Assembly: GCA_963761305.1 (NCBI GenBank)
Contig: CAVXGK010000002.1
Span: 1,408,001-1,472,000 of the forward strand
DNA length: 64,000 nucleotides
Direction of reading: 5' to 3'
DNA from: an uncultured Gemmatimonadaceae bacterium
GTDB lineage: Bacteria; Gemmatimonadota; Gemmatimonadetes; Gemmatimonadales; Gemmatimonadaceae
Positions 46,964-58,137 of this stretch are shown here, piece by piece (position 1 is the stretch's first letter; every line of letters begins with the position of its first letter). The translations under genes were made by a program, and so were the position numbers. The notes under the pieces are model-generated. The model was not told where the DNA came from. It did no database searches and saw only the letters and a list, made by a program, of their open reading frames with translations.

Positions 46964-49441
46964 GTGTATCTGACTCGTTGGGCAGCGGGGTGCGTGCTGT
47001 GCCTGGGCGTGGGGGGGAAGGCGACCGCTCAGGACACCGGCCGGCAGCGTTTGTCGATGGACCCGGAGTGGCGGTTTACGCTGGGCGATCCGGCGGGTGC
47101 CGAGCGTCCGACGTTCGATGATCACGCGTGGCGCCGTCTGGACCTCCCCCACGACTGGAGCATCGAGGGAGCCATGCGCCAGGATGCTCCCGGCGGCGGA
47201 CAGTTCGCGTTCCTCCCCGGCGGCATCGGCTGGTATCGCAAGGCGTTCCGCATGCCGCCGAGTGCTCGTGGCCTCGAGGCGCGGCTGGAGTTCGACGGCG
47301 TGTACATGAACAGCGACGTCTGGATCAACGGCGTCCACCTCGGGAAGCGACCGTACGGGTATGTCAGCTTCGCATATGACATCTCGCATCACGTCGTGCC
47401 TGGCGTGAACCTGGTGGCCGTGCGCGTCGACAACTCGAGCCAACCGAACTCCCGCTGGTATTCGGGGAGCGGCATCTATCGCCACGTGTGGCTCACGCTC
47501 TCCGACTCATTGCATGTGGCGCACTGGGGGACGTACGTGACGACGCCGCGCGCGGACTCCATGCGCGCGGACGTCGTGGTGCGCACGCAGCTCGAGAATG
47601 ATCGGACCACGGCGCGCCGCGGCACGCTTCGCTCGCTCGTCCTCGATGACGCGGGCCGAGAGGTGGCCCGCTTCGACACGGCGTTCGCAGTGGCCGCGGG
47701 CCAGCGGCTCGAGTTGGAGCAGCAACTTCACGTCGCGACCCCGCGACTGTGGTCGGTGGCGCAGCCGTACCTCTACGCTCTTCGGACGGAGGTGCTCGAC
47801 GGCGTCAATCCGGTCGATGTCGTGACAACGCCGTTCGGCATTCGCTCGATTGCATTCGACAAGGACCGCGGCTTCCTGCTGAACGGTCGTCATCTCAAGC
47901 TGAATGGTGTGAACCTGCACCACGACGCCGGCGGCCTGGGCGCCGCCGTGCCGGAAGGCGTGTGGGAACGTCGCCTCGCGCTGCTTCGCTCGATGGGCGT
48001 CAACGCCATCCGCACATCGCACAATCCGCCTGCACCCGAGTTCCTCGACCTGTGCGATCGAATGGGGTTTCTCGTCATGGCCGAGGCGTTCGACGAATGG
48101 ACGTTCGGCAAAGTGCCAGGCGGCTATCACAACTACTTCGCGGATTGGTCGGCCCGGGACGTGACGGATTTCGTGCACCGCGATCGGAACCACCCGTCCA
48201 TCGTGCTGTGGAGCGCCGGGAACGAAATCGGTGAGCAGAGCTCGCCGAACGGCGCGCAGGTGCTGCGCCAGCTCGTGGACATCTTCCATCGCGAGGATCC
48301 GACGCGGCCGGTGACGACCGGGAACGATCAGATCGTGGCCGATGGACATCCGGCCACGCTGGCCTTCCTGAATGCCGAAGATATCGTCGGCTACAATTAC
48401 GTCGACCGTTGGCACGAGCGGCGCGAGGTGTTCGCCGACGAGGACCGCCACGCCCATCCCGATTGGCGGATGATTGGAACCGAAAGCGGTTCGATCTTTC
48501 AGAGCTTCGACGAGCGCTACTCACTGGGCGCCGACTCCGCGGTCGTGCGGCCCAACTATACGAGCGGCATGCTGCAGGCCGAACGCCGTTGGAAATGGAT
48601 CGCGATGCACGACTACTTCGCCGGCGACTTCATGTGGACGGGCGTCGACTACCTGGGCGAAGCCGTCTGGCCGTTCCGAGGCTTTCCCTCGGGCGTACTC
48701 GACATCACCGGGCATCCCAAGGATTCCTATTACCTGTACCAGAGCCAATGGACGGATCGGCCGGTGCTGCACCTCTTTCCCCACTGGAATTGGAACGGGC
48801 GCAGCGGCCAAATGATTCCGGTCATGGCATACACCAACTGCAACAGCGTTGAGCTTTTTCTAAATGGCCGGTCCATGGGTGAGAAGCGACTCGAGTTTCC
48901 CGCGCAGGGCACCTCGGGCGGCTGGAACAGTTACGCTCTTCCGGTCGTCGCCCCCACGACGAACGACTTGCATCTCGTCTGGGACGTGCCCTACGAGCCC
49001 GGCGTGTTGCGAGCGGTCGGGAAGCGGCGCGACGGGGCCGTCTGCAACGACGAGGTGCGAACGACCGGCGCCCCATCGGCAATTCGCCTCGTCGCGGACC
49101 ACGACACCATCGCCGACCGACCCGGCGACGTGGCGCATGTGGCGTTCGAGATCGTCGACGCCGCCGGCAACGTCGTTCCAATCGCCGGAAATCTCGTGCG
49201 CGTCACCGTGACCGGTGGCGATCTCCTCGCACTCGACAACGCCGACCTGCAGGACCAGAGCGGCTATCGCACCGGCCAACGGCACGCATTCAACGGCCGC
49301 GGCTTGGCCATCGTGCGGGCGACGAAGCCCGGGCTCGTGCGCGTGGACGCGAGCGCCGACGGGGGGGGCCTCCGCTCGGCGAGCCTCACGTTGCACGTCG
49401 TGCCGGGACGCGCGACGCCAACCGTTCCGGCAGCGCGGTGA
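46964..49441 (+). CDS. GH2 beta-galactosidase-like glycoside hydrolase
   Basis: LPHDWSIE, LEFDGVY, PNSRWYSGSGIYR, GVNLHHD, NAIRTSHNP, DRNHPSIVLWSAGNE, GTE, WTGVDYLGE; GTG after ggagg. Confidence 0.93.
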   Translation: MYLTRWAAGCVLCLGVGGKATAQDTGRQRLSMDPEWRFTLGDPAGAERPTFDDHAWRRLDLPHDWSIEGAMRQDAPGGGQFAFLPGGIGWYRKAFRMPPSARGLEARLEFDGVYMNSDVWINGVHLGKRPYGYVSFAYDISHHVVPGVNLVAVRVDNSSQPNSRWYSGSGIYRHVWLTLSDSLHVAHWGTYVTTPRADSMRADVVVRTQLENDRTTARRGTLRSLVLDDAGREVARFDTAFAVAAGQRLELEQQLHVATPRLWSVAQPYLYALRTEVLDGVNPVDVVTTPFGIRSIAFDKDRGFLLNGRHLKLNGVNLHHDAGGLGAAVPEGVWERRLALLRSMGVNAIRTSHNPPAPEFLDLCDRMGFLVMAEAFDEWTFGKVPGGYHNYFADWSARDVTDFVHRDRNHPSIVLWSAGNEIGEQSSPNGAQVLRQLVDIFHREDPTRPVTTGNDQIVADGHPATLAFLNAEDIVGYNYVDRWHERREVFADEDRHAHPDWRMIGTESGSIFQSFDERYSLGADSAVVRPNYTSGMLQAERRWKWIAMHDYFAGDFMWTGVDYLGEAVWPFRGFPSGVLDITGHPKDSYYLYQSQWTDRPVLHLFPHWNWNGRSGQMIPVMAYTNCNSVELFLNGRSMGEKRLEFPAQGTSGGWNSYALPVVAPTTNDLHLVWDVPYEPGVLRAVGKRRDGAVCNDEVRTTGAPSAIRLVADHDTIADRPGDVAHVAFEIVDAAGNVVPIAGNLVRVTVTGGDLLALDNADLQDQSGYRTGQRHAFNGRGLAIVRATKPGLVRVDASADGGGLRSASLTLHVVPGRATPTVPAAR

Positions 49442-52062
49442 AGGCGATCATGCACACTCGTCGACGAGCGTGGCTCATCGTCTCCTGCCTGGTGCCGCTC
49501 TGTTCAGCTGAGGGACAGCCGGCTTCGCACGCGACGCGCGCCGTCTATCTCGACAGTGCGGGCGTCGTTCGATGGCAGGACGACCAACGGGAAGTCACGC
49601 TCTTCGGAGCGAACTATGTCGTGCCGACCGCGTCGGACTATCGCGCCGCGGGTTATGTCCACGCCGATCGCAAGAAGATGATCGACGAGGACATGGCGCA
49701 GTTCGCGCGCATGGGCTGGGACGGTTTGCGGTTGACGTTTTGGGGCGATTGGGAAGCGTCCGACAGCGCCGGCAACCTGATCGCGAACGACCACCTGGAC
49801 TTGCAGGACTACCTGATCGCCCGCGCGCGCGAACGCGGCATCTACATGCTGTTCAGTCCCATCCAGCTCTATGGCTCGAATTGGCCGGACGCGCTTGGGG
49901 ACACGTCGGCGCCCGGCTTTGGCAGGCGTTTTGGCAAAGAGAAGATGGGCACCGATCCCGCCGCGATCGCCGCCCAGGTGAATTACCTGCGACAGATTTT
50001 GAATCATGTAAATCCCTATACAGGCATCGCCCTCAAGGACGAGCCGGCGATCCTGTTCATCGAGCTGGTCAACGAACCCTGGCATCACCCGGAGAATCTT
50101 CAGGGTTCGATCGCCTATATAAATATTCTCACCGAGGCCGTGCGCAGTACCGGCTGCAAGAAGCTCGTTTTCTACAACGTGAGTCAGGATTTCAGGATCG
50201 GCGAGGCCATCCGGCGCTCCGAGGCGCAGGGCGTCACCTTCGGCTGGTATCCGACTGGGTTGAACTCGGGCCACGAGCTTCAAGGCAATTACCTTCGCGG
50301 TGTCGACTCCTTCCCCGACATGCTGCGCCCCGAGCTCGCCGGCCTGCCGCGCATCGTCTACGAGTTCGACAGTCCCGACTTGCGCACTGGCACGATGTAT
50401 CCCGCGATGGCCAGGAGCTTCCGCGCGGTGGGCACCCAGTTCGCCGCCATGTTTGCCTACGACATGCTGGCGACCGCCTCGCGCAACCTTGGCTGGCAGA
50501 CGCACTACTTAAATCTCGTGTACACGCCTCGCAAGGCGATGAGCGCCATCATCGCGGCCGAGGCGATGCATCGCCTGCCGAGGATGCAGTCGTACGGTCC
50601 GTATCCGCTGAACACCCGCTTCGGCGATTTCCACGTTTCGGCCGACGAGAATCTCGGCGAGCTTGTCGCGCGCGATGCCTTCCTCTATGCGGGATCGACG
50701 CACGCGACGCCGCCGGATCCGGCCGCGCTGAGCCGCATCGCTGGCTACGGCTCGTCTTCTACCGTGGCGTACGAGGGCGACGGGATCTACTTCCTCGACA
50801 AGGTGCGCCCGGGCCTGTGGCGCCTCGAGGTGTATCCCGACGCGGAGCCGGTCCGCGATCCATTCGAGCTTCCTAATGCCGACAAGATCGTGACACGCGC
50901 GATCAGCCGGTCGTGGCCCATGACAGTGGTCTTGCCTGATCTCGGCCCAACGTTCACCGTGCAGTCGCTCACCGCCGGCAACCGTCGGAACGAACGCGCG
51001 ACCGCTGGTCGGTTCAGCGTCAGTCCAGGTGTCTACGTCCTCAGCTCGCCCGGTCCGGTCAACAAGTCGGACCTTCCGGCACGCCTGGGTGAGTTGGGGT
51101 TCGCCGAGTATCACGCGCCACCGCGCGACTCGTTGCCGCTGTCGATCCAGCCGCTGATCGCACCATCGTATCTCGCCGGTCGAGATGCCGAGTTGCGCGC
51201 GCGCATCGTCGACGCGACGCCGCCCGACTCGGCGACGCTATTCATTCGCCCGTCCGTGGGCGGATTCTACCGCGCGTTCAAGATGCGCCCCGCCGGGAGT
51301 TACGAGTACGCGGCAACCGTGGCGGCAACGGCGCTGGAGGAGGGCCCGCACGAATTCGTCATCGCCGTCTTTCGCGGCCGGTCGGCAACGACGTTTCCGG
51401 GCGGGGTCAACCGCAAGCCGTGGGATTGGGACTATGACGGCCGCGCGTCATGGCCGCTCGAGGTCGTGGGCGCGCAGACGCCGCTGCGGCTGTTCAGCCC
51501 TGGTTCAGACGCCGAGCGGCTGGCGTTCACGCGCCTCGGAGACGCGGGACGACGCGGACTCTTTCGCGTACAGTTCTCCAGTGTCACGGGGCTTCCCGTC
51601 TTCCATTTCGAGCGGCCGGTGGACGCGCGCGGCTGGAGTCCTGATGACTACACCGCATCGTTGGTCATCAGGGATCGTGTCGTCGCCCGTCGAGCGAACA
51701 TCGCTGACGCGAAGGCGCTCCAGGTGCGATTGCGCGGCCTGGGACCGCGACAGCGACTGCATATCACGCTGATGGAGGACGACGGCACCAGTTGGAGCGC
51801 TGCCGTGAGGGTAGACAGCGGCTGGAGCGAGCAGTCGGTGCCGCTCGACTCATTCGCGCTGGATCGCGGCGTCCTACTGCCGCAGGGCTTTCCCGGCGAG
51901 TGGAACTACTGGGTCGGACCCGCCGCCGGCCGCGGCGGCAATGGAGACCGGCTGAAGCTCGACCACGTGGAGCGGCTGCAGCTGTCGTTGCGACGCGAAG
52001 AAGGCGTGACCGTCACTCCTGGCAGCTACGGCGTCGAAGTGGAGTCAATCGTTCTGCGTTGA
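49438..52062 (+). CDS. Clan GH-A glycoside hydrolase (GH5-like, probably GH147-related) with C-terminal accessory domains
   Basis: ELVNEP acid/base and IVYEFD nucleophile motifs; MYPAMARSFR...QTHYLNLVYTP. Confidence 0.65.
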   Translation: MKAIMHTRRRAWLIVSCLVPLCSAEGQPASHATRAVYLDSAGVVRWQDDQREVTLFGANYVVPTASDYRAAGYVHADRKKMIDEDMAQFARMGWDGLRLTFWGDWEASDSAGNLIANDHLDLQDYLIARARERGIYMLFSPIQLYGSNWPDALGDTSAPGFGRRFGKEKMGTDPAAIAAQVNYLRQILNHVNPYTGIALKDEPAILFIELVNEPWHHPENLQGSIAYINILTEAVRSTGCKKLVFYNVSQDFRIGEAIRRSEAQGVTFGWYPTGLNSGHELQGNYLRGVDSFPDMLRPELAGLPRIVYEFDSPDLRTGTMYPAMARSFRAVGTQFAAMFAYDMLATASRNLGWQTHYLNLVYTPRKAMSAIIAAEAMHRLPRMQSYGPYPLNTRFGDFHVSADENLGELVARDAFLYAGSTHATPPDPAALSRIAGYGSSSTVAYEGDGIYFLDKVRPGLWRLEVYPDAEPVRDPFELPNADKIVTRAISRSWPMTVVLPDLGPTFTVQSLTAGNRRNERATAGRFSVSPGVYVLSSPGPVNKSDLPARLGELGFAEYHAPPRDSLPLSIQPLIAPSYLAGRDAELRARIVDATPPDSATLFIRPSVGGFYRAFKMRPAGSYEYAATVAATALEEGPHEFVIAVFRGRSATTFPGGVNRKPWDWDYDGRASWPLEVVGAQTPLRLFSPGSDAERLAFTRLGDAGRRGLFRVQFSSVTGLPVFHFERPVDARGWSPDDYTASLVIRDRVVARRANIADAKALQVRLRGLGPRQRLHITLMEDDGTSWSAAVRVDSGWSEQSVPLDSFALDRGVLLPQGFPGEWNYWVGPAAGRGGNGDRLKLDHVERLQLSLRREEGVTVTPGSYGVEVESIVLR

Positions 52063-52105
52063 CGATGGCCCGTGCGTGCGCCGGACCGTACTATAGAAGA
52101 GCGCC

Positions 52106-54151
52106 ATGGCCATTCCAACGCCGTCCATCGTAAACGACCTTGATGCCCTCGCGCCCGGCGCGGCGGTCAACCCGCCCGGCCGGACCGTGCTCGCGTCGCC
52201 AAATGATCGCAACACGGTCACGGTCACGGTCAACGAAGGACGACTCTACTACAGCCTCGAGCGTGATGGGCGCCCGCTGATCCTTCCATCGCTGCTCGGC
52301 TTTGAATTCCGAGGAGCGGCTCCGTTGCGCGACGGGTTGCGTGTCACCGACACCGCGCGCCAGTCGCACGATGAATGGTGGACGCAGCCGTGGGGCGAGG
52401 TGGCTCGCGTGCGCGAACACTACAACGAATTGGCCGTCGACGTGGTGGAGACCGCCCCGCCGAACCGCCGGTTCACGGTCCGAGTGCGCGCCTTCGACGA
52501 CGGCGTCGGCCTCCGGTACGAGGTTCCGTCTCAGCCCGGGCTGGCCGCTTTCGAGATTTCGAATGAGCTGACGGAGTTCGTGCTCGCCGACAACGCGCGT
52601 GCCTGGTGGATCGCCTCGGACCGGCCAAGAAAGGACCGATCCGAGCAGCTCTACTCGTCGGGACCGGTGAGCACGCTTGAAAACATACAGACGCCATTGA
52701 CGATGGAGATGTCCGACGGCCGGACCTTCATGGTCATCCACGAGGCGAACCTCGTGCATTACGCGCGCATGTTTCTCACCGGGCCTCGGATGGAGAGCCG
52801 CACCCTGCGCGCGGACCTCGCCCCGCTCGCGGACGGGATCAAGGTGCGCGGCAGCACGCCGTTCGTCACGCCGTGGCGAACGATTCAGCTCGCCGACCGC
52901 GCGGCGGACCTTGCGCCGTCGCTGCTCGGCCTGAACCTCAACCCGCCGAACGCCCTGGCCAGCACGGACTGGATCCATCCGATGAAGTTCGTCGGCATCT
53001 GGTGGGGGATGCACATCGGAACGATGACCTGGGGCTCGGGCCCCACCCACGGGGCAACGACGGCCAACGCGCGCCGGTACATCGACTTTGCCGCGGCAAA
53101 CGGCATTGGCGGCGTGCTGGTCGAAGGGTGGAACACGGGCTGGGACGGCGACTGGTACGCGAACCGAGACCTATTCTCTTTTACCGAGCCCCATCCCGAC
53201 TACGATCTTCGGGCCGTCGCGGCCTATGCAAAGCAGAAGGGCGTGCGGCTCATCGTTCATAACGAGACGTCGGGCGGGATCGAGAATTACGAGCGCCAGA
53301 TGGACAGCGCCTTCGCGCTGTACCGGTCACTCGGGCTCGATGCGATCAAGTCCGGCTACGTCACGGACCTGCTCAGCTCAGGCGACTCGCACTATTCGCA
53401 AACGATGGTGGAACACCACCGGCGGGTCATCGAGCTCGCATCGCGTGACGGCATCATGTTGGACGTGCACGAGCCCATCCACGACACGGGCGAGCGGCGC
53501 ACCTATCCGAACATGATGAGTCGCGAGGGGGCGCGCGGGCAGGAGTACAACGCGTGGAGCGGCGAGGGCGGCAATCCGCCGGAACATGAGACCATTCTCT
53601 TCTTCACGCGCATGCTCGCCGGGCCGATGGACTTCACGCCCGGCATCTTCGATCTCCTGTTCGAGCGTGGCACCGGGCGCGCACGCCGCCTCGACGAGTC
53701 ACGCCCGCGGACGACGCTGGCGAAGCAGCTCGCGTTGTACGTCGTTCTGTACTCGCCGTTGCAGATGGCCGCCGACCTGCCGGAAAACTACGCCGCGCAG
53801 CCGGCGTTCCAGTTCATCCGCGACGTCGCCGTCGACTGGGATACCACCCGCGTGCTCGACGGACGGATCGGCGACTACGTCGCGGTCGCGCGGCGGGAGC
53901 GCGGCGGCCAGTCGTGGTATGTGGGCGCCATCACCGACGAATCGGCGCGAACTCTCGACATCCCGCTGTCGTTTCTCACGCCCGGCAAGGAGTACGTCGC
54001 CGAGGTGTACGCCGACGGCCCAGGCGCGAACTGGTTCGACAACCCGCTCCCCGTCACGATCACGCGGCACACGGTGACGTCCGCCACCCAGCTGCACATT
54101 GCGATGGCCCCGGGTGGCGGACAGGCAATCCGCATCCACCAAGCGAGGTAA
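52106..54151 (+). CDS. GH97 alpha-glucosidase (SusB-like)
   Basis: TPWRTIQ, KFVGIWWGMH, VLVEGWN, HNETSG, KSGYV, REGARGQE, GPMDFTPG, LYSPLQMAAD. Confidence 0.95.
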   Translation: MAIPTPSIVNDLDALAPGAAVNPPGRTVLASPNDRNTVTVTVNEGRLYYSLERDGRPLILPSLLGFEFRGAAPLRDGLRVTDTARQSHDEWWTQPWGEVARVREHYNELAVDVVETAPPNRRFTVRVRAFDDGVGLRYEVPSQPGLAAFEISNELTEFVLADNARAWWIASDRPRKDRSEQLYSSGPVSTLENIQTPLTMEMSDGRTFMVIHEANLVHYARMFLTGPRMESRTLRADLAPLADGIKVRGSTPFVTPWRTIQLADRAADLAPSLLGLNLNPPNALASTDWIHPMKFVGIWWGMHIGTMTWGSGPTHGATTANARRYIDFAAANGIGGVLVEGWNTGWDGDWYANRDLFSFTEPHPDYDLRAVAAYAKQKGVRLIVHNETSGGIENYERQMDSAFALYRSLGLDAIKSGYVTDLLSSGDSHYSQTMVEHHRRVIELASRDGIMLDVHEPIHDTGERRTYPNMMSREGARGQEYNAWSGEGGNPPEHETILFFTRMLAGPMDFTPGIFDLLFERGTGRARRLDESRPRTTLAKQLALYVVLYSPLQMAADLPENYAAQPAFQFIRDVAVDWDTTRVLDGRIGDYVAVARRERGGQSWYVGAITDESARTLDIPLSFLTPGKEYVAEVYADGPGANWFDNPLPVTITRHTVTSATQLHIAMAPGGGQAIRIHQAR

Positions 54152-54156
54152 CGCGA

Positions 54157-55761
54157 GTGCAATCCCAGCTTCCCCCCCCCACTGCATTCGTTGCCGGCGA
54201 AGTGGCCGAGAGCCCGGTGGAGGCGACGGTGGCCCTGCGCGCCAAACCGACTCTCACGCTCTGGGAAATCTGGAATATGAGTTTCGGATTTCTGGGCATC
54301 CAAATCGGCTTCGCGCTGCAGAACGCCAACGTGAGCAGGATTTTCGAAACACTGGGCGCAAAGGTGGAGGACATTCCTATCCTCTGGATCGCCGCCCCCG
54401 TGACCGGGCTGCTCGTCCAGCCGGTCGTCGGTTATTTCAGCGATCGAACGTGGAACCGCCTGGGGCGCCGCCGGCCCTACTTCCTCGGCGGTGCCATTCT
54501 CGCGTCGCTGGCGTTGTTGGCGATGCCGAACTCGCCGGTACTGTGGGTGGCGGCCGGAGTGCTCTGGCTCATGGACGCCTCGATCAACATCTCCATGGAG
54601 CCCTTTCGCGCGTTTGTGGGCGACAACCTCACCCGGGAGCAGCGCACCACCGGCTTCGCGATGCAGAGTTTTCTCATCGGGGCCGGTGCGGTCGCGGCGT
54701 CCATTCTTCCCTGGGTTCTCACGAATCGTTTCGGCGTATCGAACTCGGCTCCGCCGAACGTGATTCCCGACTCGGTGCGCCTGTCGTTCTACCTCGGCGC
54801 CGCCGTATTCTTTCTCGCCGTGCTCTGGACCGTGGTGCGCTCCAGAGAATACTCGCCGGCGCAGATGGCTTCGTTCGCCGAGAATCAGGCGCGCGAGGTG
54901 CACGTCCGAGTGGAGCGGACGGCCGGAGAGCACGCTGCCCGGGGCCGGGAGCAAGTGCGGCTCGGCGGCGTCCTGCTGACTGTTGGGGCGGCAGTGTCCG
55001 TCGGGTTGGCGAGCCAGGCCCTTTATCAGGTGGTGGTTCTGCCTGCCGTGCTTGGGGTTGTCGGAGTTCTGCTCATCGCAAGCGGAGTTCTGCAGCGGCG
55101 CGGCCGATACGACAATGGCTTCGTGACGATCTTCAACGATCTGCAAGACATGCCCCCGACGATGAAGCAGCTCGCCTGGGTGCAGTTCTTTTCGTGGTTC
55201 GCGTTGTTCGCGATGTGGATCTACACCACGGCCGCGGTCACCAGCCACGTATACCACACTACCGACACGACGTCGGCGATCTACAACGACGGGGCGAACT
55301 GGGTCGGCGTCTGTTTCGCCGTCTACAACGGCGTCGCCGCCATCGTCGCCTTCGCCATTCCCGTGATGGCCAGGAAGACCAGCCGAAGGGCGGCACACGC
55401 GATTTGCCTGGCCTGCGGTGCCCTCGGGCTCATTTCCATTTTTGTCATCGGAGATCCGAAATACCTTCTCGCCTCGATGGTCGGCGTGGGGATCGCGTGG
55501 GCGAGCATCCTGTCGATGCCGTATGCCATCCTCGCCGGCGCCCTGCCGCCGTCGAAGATGGGCTACTACATGGGCGTGTTCAATTTCTTCATCGTAATCC
55601 CCCAGATCGTCGCGGCGGCACTGCTCGGCTTCATCGTCAGACGATTCTTTGGTGGCCAGGCGATTGACGCCCTGTTCATCGGGGGGCTCTCCCTCCTGTT
55701 CGCCGCGATGCTCACGCTGAAGGTCAAGGACGAAGACGTGAGGCCAGCCCTGCCGACGTGA
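54157..55761 (+). CDS. MFS maltose/sucrose transporter
   Basis: IWNMSFGFLGIQIGFALQNAN, QPVVGYFSD, GRRRPYF, DASINISMEPFRA, MGVFNFFIVIPQ. Start uncertain (alternative GTG at 54229 has ggagg). Confidence 0.92.
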   Translation: MQSQLPPPTAFVAGEVAESPVEATVALRAKPTLTLWEIWNMSFGFLGIQIGFALQNANVSRIFETLGAKVEDIPILWIAAPVTGLLVQPVVGYFSDRTWNRLGRRRPYFLGGAILASLALLAMPNSPVLWVAAGVLWLMDASINISMEPFRAFVGDNLTREQRTTGFAMQSFLIGAGAVAASILPWVLTNRFGVSNSAPPNVIPDSVRLSFYLGAAVFFLAVLWTVVRSREYSPAQMASFAENQAREVHVRVERTAGEHAARGREQVRLGGVLLTVGAAVSVGLASQALYQVVVLPAVLGVVGVLLIASGVLQRRGRYDNGFVTIFNDLQDMPPTMKQLAWVQFFSWFALFAMWIYTTAAVTSHVYHTTDTTSAIYNDGANWVGVCFAVYNGVAAIVAFAIPVMARKTSRRAAHAICLACGALGLISIFVIGDPKYLLASMVGVGIAWASILSMPYAILAGALPPSKMGYYMGVFNFFIVIPQIVAAALLGFIVRRFFGGQAIDALFIGGLSLLFAAMLTLKVKDEDVRPALPT

Positions 55762-55868
55762 GCAGTTCGCGAAACGCGAGCAGGATGCCGAGCGGGAGAA
55801 GGCTCGAGGAGACGCGCCGGCAACGGCAAAAAGGTCGGCGGCTTGGGTGCCCCTGCGGTGCCCGACCT

Positions 55869-55949
55869 CAGAACGATTCGAGCCAACCACGGCGAAGTGA
55901 TTGGCTCGTCGATAGCAGGGGTGGGACTCGAACCCACGACCCCGGCATT
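55869..55949 (-). repeat. Second copy of the att-like repeat, overlapping the intact tRNA-Met
   Basis: Matches 34786-34866 at 75/81 nt. Confidence 0.93.
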
Positions 55950-55986
55950 ATGAGTGCCGTGCTCTAACCACCTGAGCTACCCTGCC
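55913..55986 (-). tRNA. tRNA with CAT anticodon, elongator Met-like
   Basis: GGCAGGGTAGCTCAGGTGGTTAGAGCACGGCACTCATAATGCCGGGGTCGTGGGTTCGAGTCCCACCCCTGCTA; cloverleaf; CCA not encoded. Confidence 0.95.
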
Positions 55987-56014
55987 TCACTGCAAAACCG
56001 CACTACCTCAGAAC

Positions 56015-56042
56015 AAAACGGCCGGTCCCGAAGGACCGGCCG
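56015..56042 (-). terminator. Intrinsic terminator-like hairpin after tRNA-fMet
   Basis: cggccggtcc-TTCG-ggaccggccg-TTTT on the minus strand. Confidence 0.75.
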
Positions 56043-56047
56043 ATCAG

Positions 56048-56121
<74 letters not shown>

Positions 56122-56208
56122 GCAGTACCAGAAAACTAAGGTTCGCTCGTGGGGTGGTCAAGTTTTCCCTTCACAGGGCGCCGGGGCGTACCCGTGCCCT
56201 TCTCAGCC

Positions 56209-56379
56209 TCAGAACTCGCGGCGCTTCATCTCTTTGAAGAACTTCGTCCGCTCGATGTCCGCGTCCTCGGGGGCGGCGGGCAGCGTCTTGTCGAACTGGC
56301 GGCCGTCGCGCGCCTTGCTCAGCTTCGCGGCCTTCGCGGCGTTCTGCCGCACCAGCTTCTGTAGTTGTTTTTCGTCCAT
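56209..56379 (-). CDS. Small 56-aa hypothetical protein (below ORF-track cutoff)
   Basis: MDEKQLQKLVRQNAAKAAKLSKARDGRQFDKTLPAAPEDADIERTKFFKEMKRREF; strong GC3 codon usage; co-oriented with the eno operon. Confidence 0.7.
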   Translation of the reverse strand: MDEKQLQKLVRQNAAKAAKLSKARDGRQFDKTLPAAPEDADIERTKFFKEMKRREF

Positions 56380-56451
56380 GGGCGGGTTGAGTGGACGTTC
56401 ACGACTGACCGTGCTCTCTGAAGTCTAACGACTGCGCGGACTGCCCGGCGG

Positions 56452-56760
56452 TCACTGCGGCTTGTGCGTCGAGTCGGGGGGTGTCGTAAAGCGATACAGC
56501 AGCTCCTTGTTCCCGCGGACCATGCCGAACACCTCCCGCGCGATCCGTTCCTGGGTCGCCGGGTCGCGCTGGACCTGGTCGGCGTAGCGCTTGAGCGAAT
56601 CGACGACCTGCTGCAGCGAGTCGATCGACCTGGTGAGCCCGTCTCGCGTGCTCCGCTGGCGGAACAAGTCGAGCGTGCTGAACTCGCCGCCTTCGACCGC
56701 GAACCAGGCCGCCACGAGAAACAGCGCGGCGATCCCGAGTCGCTTCATGGCCGGCGGCAT
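56452..56760 (-). CDS. ftsB: Septum formation initiator (FtsB/DivIC-like)
   Basis: TM helix, coiled coil, ERIAREVFGMVRGNKELLY; follows eno. Confidence 0.85.
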   Translation of the reverse strand: MPPAMKRLGIAALFLVAAWFAVEGGEFSTLDLFRQRSTRDGLTRSIDSLQQVVDSLKRYADQVQRDPATQERIAREVFGMVRGNKELLYRFTTPPDSTHKPQ

Positions 56761-56775
56761 CGCCGATTCCTCTCC

Positions 56776-58137
<1,362 letters not shown>

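Larger units (their letters stand above)
34786..55949. mobile_element. ~21 kb tRNA-Met-integrated genomic island carrying a polysaccharide utilisation locus; no integrase seen
   Basis: Flanked by the 81-bp tRNA-derived direct repeat; functionally coherent cargo distinct from both flanks. Confidence 0.8.
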
